This document shows, in pieces, positions 1-12,800 of a DNA stretch of 64,000 bases. The position numbers and the translations under genes were made by a program. Origin of the DNA: an uncultured Planctomycetaceae bacterium (GTDB lineage Bacteria; Planctomycetota; Planctomycetia; Pirellulales; PALSA-1355); contig CAWAUV010000007.1 in the NCBI GenBank assembly GCA_963785305.1, positions 672,001-736,000 of the forward strand, given 5' to 3'. The notes below the pieces were generated by a model. It was not told the origin of the DNA and did not search any database. It saw nothing but the letters and a program-made list of their open reading frames with translations. The first letter of the stretch is position 1. The number at the start of each line of letters is the position of its first letter.

Positions 1-3000
1 GCCACGCTGTTTTCGTCGCTCCCGGCCGCCGGTGCGCATGGACTGCTCTTCGATGGCGACGATCTGATTTGCACCGGCGACAACAAGGTGATGCGGCTCC
101 GCGATCGCGACCACGATGGCCGCGCCGATGGCGAGCCGGAAGCGTGGGCCGAACTGAAGAATTCGGAACACGGCGCCAACGGAATGGTGAAAGGGCCCGA
201 CGGATGCGTTTATCTTGTGTGTGGCAATGACGCCGGCGTGTCGCCCAAACTGATCCACGAACCCGCGTCGCCGATCGCGAAGCCAAATTGCGGGGCGATT
301 GTGCGATTCTCTCCCGAGGGCCGGCCGCTCGATGTGTTCGCCGATGGCTTTCGCAATCCCTATGATCTCGATTTCGGCCCGAGCGGCGCGCTGTTCACGG
401 TCGACTCGGACAACGAGCGCGACCATTTGCTGCCTTGGTACGCGCCGACGCGGCTATTCGATGTGGCCCAGGGGCGCGGGCATGGCTGGTTGTTTGGGGG
501 CATCGATCGCACTTGGAACCGGCCGGCGTCGTATTTCGACAATGTGGACCGGGTCGCGGAGCTTGGCCGCGGCTCGCCCACCGGCTTGGTCGTGTATCGG
601 CATCGGCAGTTTCCCGAGCATTATCGCGGCGCGGTGCTGAGCGCGTGTTGGACTCTGGGTCGCGTGTATTGCTTGCCGCTGGAATCGAAGGGCGCGACGT
701 TTGCCAGCCGGCCGGAGATTTTCGTCGAGACGACCGGTAGCGTCGGTTTCGCGCCATGTGATTTGGCCGTGGGCCCGGCGGGAGATTTGTTTATCGCGGT
801 CGGCGGGCGACGAACGCGCGGCGGCGTGTTTCGAGTGCGATACGAGGCCGAGTCCTATCTATCATGTGCGATCATGCCCGATCGGTCGGCGAGGCCGGCC
901 GCGGAAGACAGTGGCCCCCATTCGCCCGCGGTCGATCTGGCGGCCGTGCTCGAGGCCGATCAGCCGCTGGCCACTTGGTCGCGTGCTCGCTGGGCGCCGC
1001 TGGCCAAGCGGTTGGGCCCGGCGGCGTTTCGCGAGGCGCTTCTCGGTCGGCAAAGCATGGCCGCGAAAACGCGAGCGATCGAAATTCTTGTCGAATGTTT
1101 CGAGGGCCTCCCGGTCGATCTGGCCGAAAAACTCGAAGGCGCCTCCTCGCCGCCCGAGCTGCTGGCCCGCGCGGTTGGCGCTCTCGCGCCGCGCGATCCA
1201 GGAGCGCCGAGCGCCGCTTTCTATCGCGGGCGACGCATCACCCGTCGCCGATCGTGGCTCGCGCCGCTTGGGAAGCATTGGCGAGCGCGGCGCCGCGAGC
1301 GACGGGCGACGCGCGCGACGCCGCCGATCAAGCCGCCGCGCCGGCCTGGAGCGCTGGCCTGGGCTCGACGGACCGCCGAGTGCGCTCCGCGGCAATGCTC
1401 GCGCTCGGCTCACGTGAACTCGCGAGTCGCCCAGCCTCGGGTGCTTCGACGGCGGGCGCTTCGACCTCGCGCGAGCGATTATCGCGATTCGAGCAGCCAT
1501 ATCTCGCGCGGATCGCTTCGCCCACATCTTGGGAAAACGGTTTTTGGAGCGATTATCCCGCGATCTTCGACGCCGCGGCGAGCGACGCCGAGAAGCTCGA
1601 CGTGGTTCGACTTCTGCACCTCGGCCTGGGCGATATGCCGCTCGATGGCGGCGGGCTGCCGGCGGTGTTTTTCGCCTATTCGGCGCCAGGCGTTCGAAAC
1701 GCGCCGGCCAAGACTCGCGAGAAAGTCGAGCACTGGCTGGCGGCGAAAATCACTTCGGCCGAATTCGACCATCCCGGCGAACACGCGGAACTGGATCGCG
1801 AGCTCGCTCGCTTGGCGGCGGTGCTCGAGCTCAATGACGCCGGCGTGCTCGATCGGGTGGCCAGCCGCTGGACCGAGACAAGCCTTCCGCAAGACGATGT
1901 GCATTACTTGATCGTCGCCGCGCGGCTCGCGGCCGCGCGCTCGCCCGACGCCACGGGCCGGGTCGCGCGGGCACTGCTCGCGCTCGATGGCAAATTCGCG
2001 GCGCGTTCCGAAGCGCCGGGCAACAATTGGGAAAAACGCGTGGGCGAGGCGTTCGAGACGCTCTGTCGCCGCGATCCGAAGTTGCCGGCGGCTTTGGTCG
2101 CGAACTCCGAATTTGGCGCGGCGGCGCATGCGATGTTCGTCGCGAGGCTGCCGCGGGGCGAGGCCCGCGAACAGGCCATCGAACGGATGCTCTCGATCGC
2201 CGCGCGGAGCGAAGATCGTCCCACGGTCGCGCTCATCAAGCTCGTGGGCGAACTGCCGAGTGAATCGGCGCGCGCTTGGCTTCGGGAAAACGCCGAGGAT
2301 CTCGGCCTCGCCGATCCGGTCGCCTTGGCGCTGGCCGAGCATCCGGCGGCCGACGACCGCGCGCGATTCGTCGCGGCCCTCGGTTCGGTTCAGCCGGCGG
2401 TGTGCGAAGCCGCCGCGCGGGCGCTCGCGCGATTGTCGGGCGCCGCCGCGCCGGCCGAATTCACGGCAACGCCGGCCGAATACGCCGCCGCGCTCGAATG
2501 CTTGCGCCGCGCCTCCGGCGATCCGAATCAAGCCGCGCTCGCCGAAGTGCTCGACCGCGTGCTCGCCGCGTGGGCACAAGACGCGACTCGGCTGCCCACG
2601 GCCGACCAAGAGCAACCGGCCGAGGGCCCGAAAAAGTTCGATGCCAAAGCGGCGCATGAACACTGGGCGACCTGGTTCGCGGCGCGATATCCCATGGAAG
2701 CCGCGCTCCTGGCCAAACGCGGGCCGCTGAACGCGGCGGCGTGGAGCGAGCGGCTGGCGAAAATCGATTGGGCCCGCGGCGATCTAGACCGCGGCAGGCT
2801 CGTTTTCGAAAAACGCTCCTGCAATCGGTGTCATCTCGGCGGCCGGACAATTAGGACCGGACCTCCGCGGCGCGGTGACGCGCATGACGCGCGATGATCT
2901 GTTCGGCGCCATTGTCGATCCGAATCGCGAAATCTCACCGACCTTCGCCAGCACGCTGTTCGTCACCGCCGGCGGACTGGCCTACAACGGCGTGGTGGCG

Positions 3001-3198
3001 TATGAATCGCCCGAGGGAATGCTGATTCAGACCGGGCCCGACACCACGGTGCGGATCGTCGACACGCGAGGGCTGGTCCGTGCGCCGAGCCGCACATCGT
3101 TGATGCCCGAGGGGCTGCTTAATGGGGCCAGCGACCAGGACCTGGCCGATCTTGCCGCGTTCTTGCAAACGCTCGCCAAGCCGGGCCCGCGGCGTTGA
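1..3198 (+). CDS. PVC-type heme-binding CxxCH protein (dehydrogenase-like beta-propeller, HEAT-like middle, C-terminal cytochrome c); 5'-partial, frameshifted
   Basis: The frame of 88..1911 is open from base 1 and has GFRNPYDLDF, DSDNE, GRGSPTG and GPAGDLFIAVGGR motifs. It continues in the 864..2897 frame from ~1210 (Ala-rich helical region, CNRCH at 2820-2834), then in the 2875..3198 frame (GPDL...IVDPNREISPTF...SLMPEGL). Confidence 0.8.
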
Positions 3199-3428
3199 CT
3201 CGGTCCGCGAGCCGGACGGCTCGCCGAATCGAGCCCCGCTTCGCCGGCGAACATCGTCTACCTGACAGCGCGATAATTAGCTCGCCCATCGCGCGGCGAT
3301 CGCGCGCCGGCGGCCAGCTTGCAAGGATGTAACCGAACTTCGCGCGACGCTTCTCCAGTCCTCGCGGTGTTGAATGAATCAGTGGATTCAATCACTTCAT
3401 GGTTCTGAAAAAACGGGAGGGCTCGATC

Positions 3429-3592
3429 ATGTTCAAGTCATTGTTGTTTGCCGCGGTGGCTCTGGCGTTCTTGGTTCCGGCCAGTTGGTGCAAGCGGCGC
3501 AGAAGAGTGGATTCGGTGGACGGCATCATCACGGCCATCAACACCACCAGCAACAGCTTCACCACCATCACCATCACCGCCACATGCGGTAA
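3429..3592 (+). CDS. Small secreted His-rich peptide (~54 aa, needs one frameshift near 3485)
   Basis: GGGAGG RBS precedes ATG 3429, followed by signal peptide MFKSLLFAAVALAFLVPAS. The adjacent frame reads VQAAQKSGFGGRHHHGHQHHQQQLHHHHHHRHMR-TAA. Confidence 0.55.
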
Positions 3593-3737
3593 ATCCTGGC
3601 GGCGCGAAGTCGGCTCGCGATGGACTGGCTCATGTCGCCATGCGGTTGCGTTGCGAGATGCGCCAGTCCCGGAGCCGATTGTTCGACGTCGGTCTAGCGC
3701 GATGTCACAGTTGAAATGACGGATTGGATTCGTTCTG

Positions 3738-3823
3738 GGCGCCATGCCCACGGCCCCGCGTGGGCATGAGGGCTTCGCGCGGCGCTTGAAAACATGCCCA
3801 CTCAAGGCAGTGGGCATGGCGCC
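3738..3823. repeat. REP/REPIN-like palindrome doublet
   Basis: Two hairpins CATGCCCAC-N8-GTGGGCATG (3743-3768, 3793-3818). The outer ends GGCGCCATGCCCAC / GTGGGCATGGCGCC are perfect 14-bp inverted repeats. Lies between convergent genes. Confidence 0.8.
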
Positions 3824-3866
3824 ACTCGCAAACCGAATTACCTATCCTTTTAGCCGTGACGGAGCG

Positions 3867-4537
3867 CTAGCGGCTCAGCTTTTGCTTGCTCGCTTCGAGC
3901 GTCTCGGTCACGTCTCCGACCACGGTGTTGCGCTGGCCGGTTTCCATGACGATTTGTTTTTCGACGCTGCCGCCCTCGATGGCGCCGGCGCCGATCACGG
4001 ACCACGACTTGAAATCGGTGCGAGCGAGCGTGGTTTCGGTGTTGATCACGGCGTGTTTGGTCTTGTTGTCGATCGCCAGAATCGCGAGCTTCGAAGTGCC
4101 GATGGCACGCGAACGATCGTAGAACGTCATCTTCGGAATCGACACGCCGGTTGTGATAAGCGGCACTTCATTGATGCCGACGAACAGATCGTTGCGGTCG
4201 GTTCCCACGGCGCCGCTCGAAATTTCGAGCGTCACATCGGCGTCGTCGGCCTTGGCCACGAGCGAGCAGCCGTTGGCCAAGAGCGCTGATGCAGCGCCAC
4301 CAGCACATAATTCTTATCCGTGCAATCGAGATACTTCTCCTCGATATACACCTTCGCGTTTTGGATCGGCTTGTAGTCCACCTTGTCGAGCGAGCGATCG
4401 ACCGCGGTCGAGATCAGCAGTTGCTCGACGCCGGTGCGAGCCGTGTCGGACTGCTTTTGAGTGGCGCAGCCGATCCCGAACGACGCCAGCAATGCCAGCG
4501 TGGCCAAGCGAGTGACGATTTTCATGGCGGTTTTCAT
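3867..4537 (-). CDS. Lipoprotein, DUF6655-like; frameshift near 4280
   Basis: Lipobox (LLASFGIG-C) and TARTGVEQLLISTAVDRSL in the 4232..4837 frame, continuing as the 3867..4280 ORF (GAVGTD...). Confidence 0.65.
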
Positions 4538-4919
4538 GACAGCAGTGCGGCAAAAGGAAACATGCGTCGGGACCGCGGTCCGCGGCGCTTGTCGGCGCGG
4601 GCGCGCATCTCCGTCCCGATGCCGGAGAATATCGGTTGAGCATGTTCCCACGGATGAGGAAAACCTTGCCGGCAACGCCGCCTTTGCCGATTGAGCGCGA
4701 TTCGGGAAACCCGGGGGGATTTGCCTTTTTGGAAAACAATTCAGGTTTTGCCGGTTGTGTGGCCGATGATTGAAACGCTGCTCTTCGGCGGGCGTGGCGT
4801 GATTATCGGGGCAATCGAGACTCGATCCGCGAAACAAACGACTTCAAGGCCCCGCCCAAGATTCCGTTTCAACGGGGCACGATCGAGACGAGCCAAGACT
4901 CGTGTAACAGGAAAGCACT

Positions 4920-6728
4920 ATGCTCAAGAGACTTTGCTGGGCCGCGATGGCGCTGACCGTGGTGGCTCCGGCGACAATGGCCTGGGCCTATGATGATGAC
5001 ACGTCGGGCAACGACTATTGGCGAGCCCGCGAGCCGCGGCGCCTCTCGCAGGCCGCCGCCGCCGACGATGACGGCGAGCAGCCGGTCGAGGACTGGCGCC
5101 CGCGGCAGGGGCAGGGCGCCAGCCGGCCCGCGCCGACGAGCGAAGGCAAGCGACCGCCCTCGGCGGGCGCCGCCTCGAAACGCCGGTCGACGAAGCCCAC
5201 GACGAACTCGCGGCCGGACCGCGATTTCGCCGAAAATGGCTCGACAAAGGCCCGGCAGGCGAGCATGCAAATGGACGAGCCGCCACCGCCTCCGCAAATG
5301 GAGCCCACGCCGGCAACCGGCGACTGGGAAAACGTCGTCCCCAATGGCCGGTCGAATGGCGTCCGCGGCGGCGGCGGCTCGGCCAACATGCCACAAGGCA
5401 ATTATAACTATTCCGGCCCCATGAACGGCAACCCGATGAACGGCGGGCCCATGAACGGTCCAACGAATGGCGGACCCATGACTGGCGGACCCATGTCTGG
5501 CGGACCCATGAACAGCCAAGGTCCGATCTACGATGCTCCCGGTCACGGCTACGACGACACGGCCTACGACGACAACGGCGGCTCGGGCTGCTGCGATGGT
5601 GGCGGATGCGGCAATTGGGCGTGCGGCGGATGCAGCGGCTGCTGCGGATTCGGCGGACGCGTCTACGCCAACGCCGAATATCTCTCCTGGTGGCTCAAGG
5701 GCGATAGCGTGCCCGCCTTGGTCACGACCAGCCCCTCGGGCACGGCCCGTAGCGCGGCCGGTGTGCTGGGTCAGCCGGGAACGAGCGTGCTCTTTGGCGA
5801 TCAGACACTCAACAATCAGCAGCGATCGGGCGCCCGCATCACGCTTGGCATGTGGCTTAACCAAACAACGCGCCTCGAAGGCGAATGGTTTGGCCTGGGT
5901 TCGCAAACGACCCAGTTCACCGGTTCGAGCGATGGCACGATGATCCTGGCCCGACCGTTCTTCAATCTTTCGCCCAGTGTGGCGGCTCAAGACTCGAACG
6001 TGATCGCGTATCCCGGTCAATTGCAGGGCACGGTCAATGTGAGCGATGTGAGCCGGTTCATGGGCGCGAGTCTGATGGCCTCGAAAACGATCTCGATGGT
6101 AGACTTCGGCCGCCTCCAGCGTCGAATCAGCGTGCTCTATGGTTTCCGGTATATGCGGCTGTACGATAGCCTGACGATGAACGACGCGATCAACTCGATC
6201 AATCCCAACGGCATCGTGCCGCAGGGCACGGTCTACACGTCGAGCGATTCGTTCACCACCTCGAATAACTTCTATGGTTTTAACATGGGCGCTTCGAGCG
6301 AGAACCATATCAATCGCTGGACGCTCATCACGACCGGTCGTTTGGCCATCGGTGGCACGCAACAAAATGTGAACATCAACGGTTCGAGCACCGCCGCGAT
6401 TCCCGGCGGAGCCGCCAGCGCCTATCCCGGCGGCTTGTTCGCCCAACCGACGAACATGGGCAGCTACAGCCACGATGCCTTCACGCTTCTGCCGCAGCTC
6501 GAGCTCAAGCTCGCCTACGACCTGACGCAGAACCTCAGCCTCACGGTCGGTTACGATCTGATCTACTGGAGCAATGTGGTGCGACCGGGCGGCCAGATCG
6601 ATACCCAGGTGAACACCACGCAAAGCTCCGGTGGCACGCTCACCGGCGTGCCGGGTCCGTTGTACAAGATGCAGCAAACCGATCTCTGGGTGCAAGGCGT
6701 GAGCGTCGGCGGCCAATGGCGGTTCTAA
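4920..6728 (+). CDS. BBP7-family outer-membrane beta-barrel protein
   Basis: Signal peptide, low-complexity GPMNG and Cys-rich linker, AEYLSWWLKG, ILARPFFN and GYDLIYWSNVVRPGGQID motifs, C-terminal WRF. Confidence 0.8.
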   Translation: MLKRLCWAAMALTVVAPATMAWAYDDDTSGNDYWRAREPRRLSQAAAADDDGEQPVEDWRPRQGQGASRPAPTSEGKRPPSAGAASKRRSTKPTTNSRPDRDFAENGSTKARQASMQMDEPPPPPQMEPTPATGDWENVVPNGRSNGVRGGGGSANMPQGNYNYSGPMNGNPMNGGPMNGPTNGGPMTGGPMSGGPMNSQGPIYDAPGHGYDDTAYDDNGGSGCCDGGGCGNWACGGCSGCCGFGGRVYANAEYLSWWLKGDSVPALVTTSPSGTARSAAGVLGQPGTSVLFGDQTLNNQQRSGARITLGMWLNQTTRLEGEWFGLGSQTTQFTGSSDGTMILARPFFNLSPSVAAQDSNVIAYPGQLQGTVNVSDVSRFMGASLMASKTISMVDFGRLQRRISVLYGFRYMRLYDSLTMNDAINSINPNGIVPQGTVYTSSDSFTTSNNFYGFNMGASSENHINRWTLITTGRLAIGGTQQNVNINGSSTAAIPGGAASAYPGGLFAQPTNMGSYSHDAFTLLPQLELKLAYDLTQNLSLTVGYDLIYWSNVVRPGGQIDTQVNTTQSSGGTLTGVPGPLYKMQQTDLWVQGVSVGGQWRF

Positions 6729-6790
6729 GTCGCCGGCCGCGCATGCCGCATCCGCCGGAGCGAACCGGGCGCTTGTTCGCGTGGGAATAT

Positions 6791-6836
6791 AAAAAGGGCC
6801 TGCCGACGTTTTTCGCCGGCAGGCCCTTCTCGTTTT
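6791..6836. terminator. Bidirectional intrinsic terminator
   Basis: 12-bp stem AAGGGCCTGCCG/CGGCAGGCCCTT with A-run before and T-rich tail after, between convergent genes. Confidence 0.8.
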
Positions 6837-6881
6837 CGATCATCGATGCCCTGCTCCCCCCCCGTGGCGGAGCGAGCGTCA

Positions 6882-9800
6882 CTAGCTCTTGGTCGAGGTG
6901 ACGGTCGTTTGCGAGGTGTTGCCGGCGGCGTCGGTCGCGGTCACCGTGAACGTGATCGTGCCGTTGACCAGCCCGCTCACGTCGATACTGTTGATCGACC
7001 AGGTTCCGCCCGAGCCGACGCTCACCTTGTAGGGATTCGTCGAGTTGCCGGCCGTGTCGCTGGCGACCACGCTGATCGTGTCGTTGGCGTTCCCCGAGCC
7101 GTTGATCGTCACATTATTTTGGTTCGACGCGTTGATCGGGTTCGTCACGCCCGTGATCGTGGGCGTGGCCGGCGCCGCGGTGTCCTTGGTCGCCGTGGTC
7201 GAGGCGGTGCTCGAACCGCCGACATTGCTCACGGTGGCGTTGAACGTGATCGCGCCATCGGCGAGCGAAGTCACATCGATTCCCGTGATCGTCCATTGAC
7301 CATTGGAGCCGATCACCGTGTTGTAGGTAGTCGTGGTGTTCGTGCCATCGGTGGCGGTGAGCGTCACCGTGGCGTTGGCCGTGCCGGTTCCCGTCGCCGT
7401 GACACTCGCTTCGTTGCTCGCGCCGATCGGGTTCGTCACGTTGGTAAAGGCCACGTTCGGCACGGCCGCGTTGCTCTTGGTCGAGGTGAGCGTGGCGTTT
7501 TGGGTGCTGCCGTAGCTGTTCGTGGCCGTGGCGGTGAAGGTGATGTTGCCGGCGGCCAATGAGCTGAGATCCACGCCCGAGATCGACCATGTTCCACCCG
7601 CGGCGGTGGTTGTGTAGGCGCTGGTGGTCGTGGTTCCGTCGGTGGTCACCACCGAAATCGTGTCGCCCGAATCGGCGGCGCCGGCGACCGAGACATTCGT
7701 GTCATTGGTCGAGTTGATCGGGTCGGTCGCCGAGGTGATGCTCACATTCGGGGCCACGGTGTTCTTGGTCGCCGTGGTCGTGGCCGAACCGGTGTTCACT
7801 CCGTTCGAGGCGGTGGCTGTGAAGGTGATCGTGCCATCGTTGAGACCGCTGGTGTCGATGTTCGAGATCGACCATGTGGTCACTCCGGCGGCGAGCGTCG
7901 TGGTGTAGGGCGTGGTGGTGTTGGTTCCGTCGGAACCGGTCACGGTCACGGTCGTGCCGGCCGTGGCGGTTCCGCCGATGCTGACATTCACCAGATTCGT
8001 GTTGTTGATCGGATTCGTGACCGTCGTGATCGCCACGCTCGGCGCGGCGGTGCTCTTGGTCGAAGTGATCGTGGCGGTGGCGGTTTGGCCGTTGAGCGTG
8101 GCGGTGGCGGTGTAGGTGATCGTGCCATCGGCCAAGCCGCTCACGTCGATGCCCGAGATCGACCATGTGCCGCCCGCGCCGACCACCACCGTGTAGGGAT
8201 TCGTCGTGGTCGTGCCATCGGTGGCGGTCACGCTCACGCTCGAGCCCGGCGTGGCCGTGCCGCTGATCGTGGTGGTCGCGTCGTTTGCCGATGTGATCGG
8301 GTTGGTCACGGTCGTGATCGCGATTGTCGGAGCGCCGGTCGTATTCTTGGTCGCGGTCGCCGCGGCGGTGTTCGTGCTGCCGAAGCTGTTCGTGGCGGTG
8401 GCGGTGAAGGTGATCGTGCCATCGGCCAAGCTGCTCACGTTGATGCCGGTGATCGACCAAGCGCCAGCGGCGACGGTCGTCGTGTAGGCAGTCGTCTTGC
8501 CGGTTCCGGAATCCGTGGCCACGAGCGAGATCGTGTCGCCGGTTTGTCCGGCGCCGCTCGCCGTGACACTGGTGTCGTTCGTCGAAGTGATCGGGTTCGT
8601 GACCGAGGTGATCGACACGATCGGCGACACGGTGTTCTTCGTGGCCGTGATCGTGGCGCTCGACGACTGGCCGTTGAGCGTGGCGGTGGCGGTGTAGGTG
8701 ATCGTGCCATCGGCCAAGCCGCTCACGTCGATTCCCGAGATCGACCATGTGCCGCCCGCGCCGACGACCACCGTGTAGGGATTCGTCGTGGTCGTGCCAT
8801 CGGTGGCCGTGACACTCACCGTGGCGCCCACGGCGGCCGTGCCGCTGATGCTGGTCTGCGTGTCGTTGACATTGTTGATCGGGTTCGTGACCGTCGTGAT
8901 CGAGATCGCCACGGTGGTCGTATTCTTGGTCGCGGTCGCCGTGGCGGTGTTCGTGCTGCCGAAGCTGTTCGTGGCGGTGGCGGTGAAGGTGATCGTGCCA
9001 TCGGCCAAGCTGCTCACGTTGATGCCGGTGATCGACCAAGCGCCAGCGGCGACGGTCGTCGTGTAGGCAGTCGTCTTGCCGGTTCCGGAATCCGTGGCCA
9101 CGAGCGAGATCGTGTCGCCGGTTTGTCCGGCGCCGCTCGCCGTGACACTGGTGTCGTTCGTCGAAGTGATCGGGTTCGTGACCGAGGTGATCGACACGAT
9201 CGGCGACACGGTGTTCTTCGTGGCCGTGATCGTGGCGCTCGACGACTGGCCGTTGAGCGTGGCGGTGGCGGTGTAGGTGATCGTGCCATCGGCCAAGCCG
9301 CTCACGTCGATTCCCGAGATCGACCATGTGCCGCCCGCGCCGACGACCACCGTGTAGGGATTCGTCGTGGTCGTGCCATCGGTGGCCGTGACACTCACCG
9401 TCGAACCGGCCGTGGCCGTGCCGTTGATGCTCGTGGTCGTGTCGTTCGTGTTGTTGATCGGGTTCGTGACCGTCGTGATCGTCACCGCGGGCGCGGTGGT
9501 CGTATTCTTAGTCGCGGTAGCCGTCGCGGTGTTCGTGCTGCCGAAGCTGTTGGTGGCGGTGGCGGTGAAGGTGATCGCGCCATCGGCCAAGCTGCTCACG
9601 TTGATGCCGGTGATCGACCAAGCGCCAGCGGCGACGGTCGTCGTGTAGGCGGTCGTCTTGCCGGTTCCGGAATCCGTGGCCACGAGCGAGATCGTGTCGC
9701 CGGTTTGTCCGGCGCCGCTCGCCGTGACACTCGTGTCGTTCGTCGAGGTGATCGGGTTCGTGACCGAGGTGATCGACACGATCGGCGACACGGTGTTCTT

Positions 9801-12800
9801 CGTCGCCGTGATCGTGGCGCTCGACGACTGGCCGTTGAGCGTGGCGGTGGCGGTGTAGGTGATCGTGCCATCGGCCAAGCCGCTCACGTCGATTCCCGAG
9901 ATCGACCATGTGCCGCCCGCGCCGACGACCACCGTGTAGGGATTGGTCGTGGTCGTGCCATCGGTCGCCGTGACACTCACCGTGGCGCCCACGGCAGCCG
10001 TGCCGCTGATGCTGGTCTGCGTGTCGTTGACATTGTTGATCGGGTTCGTGACCGTCGTGATCGAGATCGCCACGGCGTTCACGGTGAGCGTGTAGTTCTG
10101 GGTGAGCGTGGCGCCGGCGGTGTCGGTCACGTTCACGGTGAAGCTGAGCGATCCAGCGGCGGTGGGCGTGCCGGAGATGACCACCGTGCCGGCGCTTGTG
10201 CTGGTGGTGATGTCGCTCGCGGTGAGCCCGGTCGTGCCTGCCGAGAAGTTCGTGATCGTGAGCGCGGTGTATGGCGTCGTTCCGCCCGAGACGGTGATCG
10301 TCTGGTTGTAGGCGGCGCCGGCCGCGGCATTGGGGAGCGAGGTCGGGGTGATCGACAGCGCGGCGTTGGCGGCAATCGAGTAGCTCTGCGTCACGGCGTC
10401 GCCGTTGGTGTCGGTGGCCGAGATCGTGAACGCGACCGGAGTCGTGCTCGAGCTGGTCGTCGTGCCCGAGATGGTGGCCGTGCCGTTGCCGTTGTCGGTC
10501 AGCTTGAGGCCGGCCGGGAGCGAGCCGCTCGCTACGCTGAAGGTGACCGTGCCTGTGCCGCCGGTGGCGGTGATGGTTTGGCTGTAAGCCGTGCCTTCGG
10601 TGGCGCCGGGCAATGTGCTCGGCGAGAGCGTGAAGCCGGCCGTGTTCACGTACACCGAGTAGGCTTGTGAACCGGTATTGCCCTCCGAATCGGTCACATC
10701 CACGGTGAAGGTTACCGGCGTCGTGCTGGCCGTGGTCGGACTGCCGCTGATCACGCCAGAGGTCGAGAGCTGGAGGCCGCCCGGCAAGCTGTCGCCGTTG
10801 GCTAGATAGAAGGCATAGCCCGTGCCCGAGCCGCCGGTGGCGGTGAGCGTTTCATTATAGGCCGTGCCAGTCGTGCCGTTGGGCAGCGAAGTCGGGCTAA
10901 GCGTGATCGTGGTCGAGGCGCCCACGGTCAGTGTGTAGTTCTGGGTGAGCGTGGCGCCGGCGGTGTCGGTCACGTTCACGGTGAAGCTGAGCGATCCGGC
11001 GGCGGTGGGCGTGCCGGAGATGACCACCGTGCCGGCGCTTGTGCTGGTGGTGATGTCGCTCGCGGTGAGCCCGGTCGCGCCGGCCGAGAAGTTCGTGATC
11101 GTAAGCGCGGTGTACGGCGTCGTTCCGCCCGAGACGGTTATGGTCTGGTTGTAGGCCGTGCCGGCCGTGGCATTGGGGAGCGTGGTCGGAGTGATCGCCA
11201 AGACATTATTGACAGTCACGCTATAAGCTTGCGAGCCGGTGTTGCCAGCCGAATCGGTGACATCCACGGTGAACGACACGGGCGTCGTGCTGGCCGTGGT
11301 CGGTTGGCCGCTGATGACGCCGGCCGTCGAGAGCTGGAGACCGGCCGGCAAGCTGTCGCCGTTGGCTAGGTAGAAGGCATAGCCGGTTCCCGAGCCGCCG
11401 CTGGCGGTGAGTGTCTGGCTGTAAGTCGTGTTTACCGTGGCGTTCGGCAAAGTCGAGGGGCTGAGCGTGATCGTGGTCGAGGCGCCCACGGTCAGTGTGT
11501 AGTTCTGGGTGAGCGTGGCGCCGGCGGTGTCGGTCACGTTCACGGTGAAGCTGAGCGATCCAGCGGCGGCGGGCGTGCCGGAGATGACCACCGTGCCGGC
11601 GCTTGTGCTGGTGGTGATGTCGCTCGCGGTGAGCCCGGTCGTGCCTGCCGAGAAGTTCGTGATCGTGAGCGCGGTGTAGGGCGTCGTTCCGCCCGAGACG
11701 GTGATCGTCTGGTTGTAGGCGGCGCCGGCCGCGGCATTGGGGAGCGAGGTCGGGGTGATCGACAGCGCGGCGTTGGCGGCAATCGAGTAGCTCTGCGTCA
11801 CGGCGTCGCCATGCGTGTCGGTGGCCGAGATCGTGAACGCGACCGGAGTCGTGCTCGAGCTGGTCGTCGTGCCCGAGATGGTGGCCGTGCCGTCGCCATT
11901 GTCGGTCAGCTTGAGGCCGGCCGGGAGCGAGCCGCTCGATACGCTGAAGGTGACCGCGCCTGTGCCCCCGGTGGCGGTGATTGTTTGATCGTACGCCGTG
12001 CCTTCGGTGGCGCCGGGCAATGTGCTCGGCGAGAGCGTGAAGCCGGCCGTGTTCACATACACCGAGTAGGCTTGTGAACCGGTATTGCCCTCCGAATCGG
12101 TCACATCCACGGTGAAGGTTACCGGCGTCGTGCTGGCCGTGGTCGGACTGCCGCTGATGACGCCGGCCGTCGAGAGTGAGAGACCCGCGGGCAGGGCGCT
12201 GCCCGAGGCGAGGCTGAAGCTGTAGCCGGTTCCCGAGCCGCCGGTGGCGGTGAGCGTTTCATTATAGGCCGTGCCAGTCGTGCCGTTGGGCAGCGAAGTC
12301 GGGCTAAGCGTGATCGTGGTCGAGGCGCCCACGGTCAGTGTGTAGTTCTGGGTGAGCGTGGCGCCGGCAGTGTCGGTCACGTTCACGGTGAAGCTGAGTG
12401 ATCCGGCGGCGGTCGGCGTGCCGGCGATGGTCACCGTGCCGGCGCTTGTGCTGGTGGTGATGTCGCTCGCGGTGAGCCCGGTCGCGCCGGCCGAGAAGTT
12501 CGTGATCGTAAGCGCGGTGTACGGCGTCGTTCCGCCCGAGACGGTTATGGTCTGGTTGTAGGCCGTGCCGGCCGTGGCATTGGGGAGCGTGGTCGGAGTG
12601 ATCGCCAAGACATTATTGACAGTCACGCTATAAGCTTGCGAGCCGGTGTTGCCAGCCGAATCGGTGACATCCACGGTGAACGACACGGGCGTCGTGCTGG
12701 CCGTGGTCGGCGAGCCGCTGATGACGCCGGCCGTCGAGAGCGTGAGGCCCGCGGGCAGGGTGCTGCCCGAGGCGAGGCTGAAGCTGTAGCCGGTTCCCGA

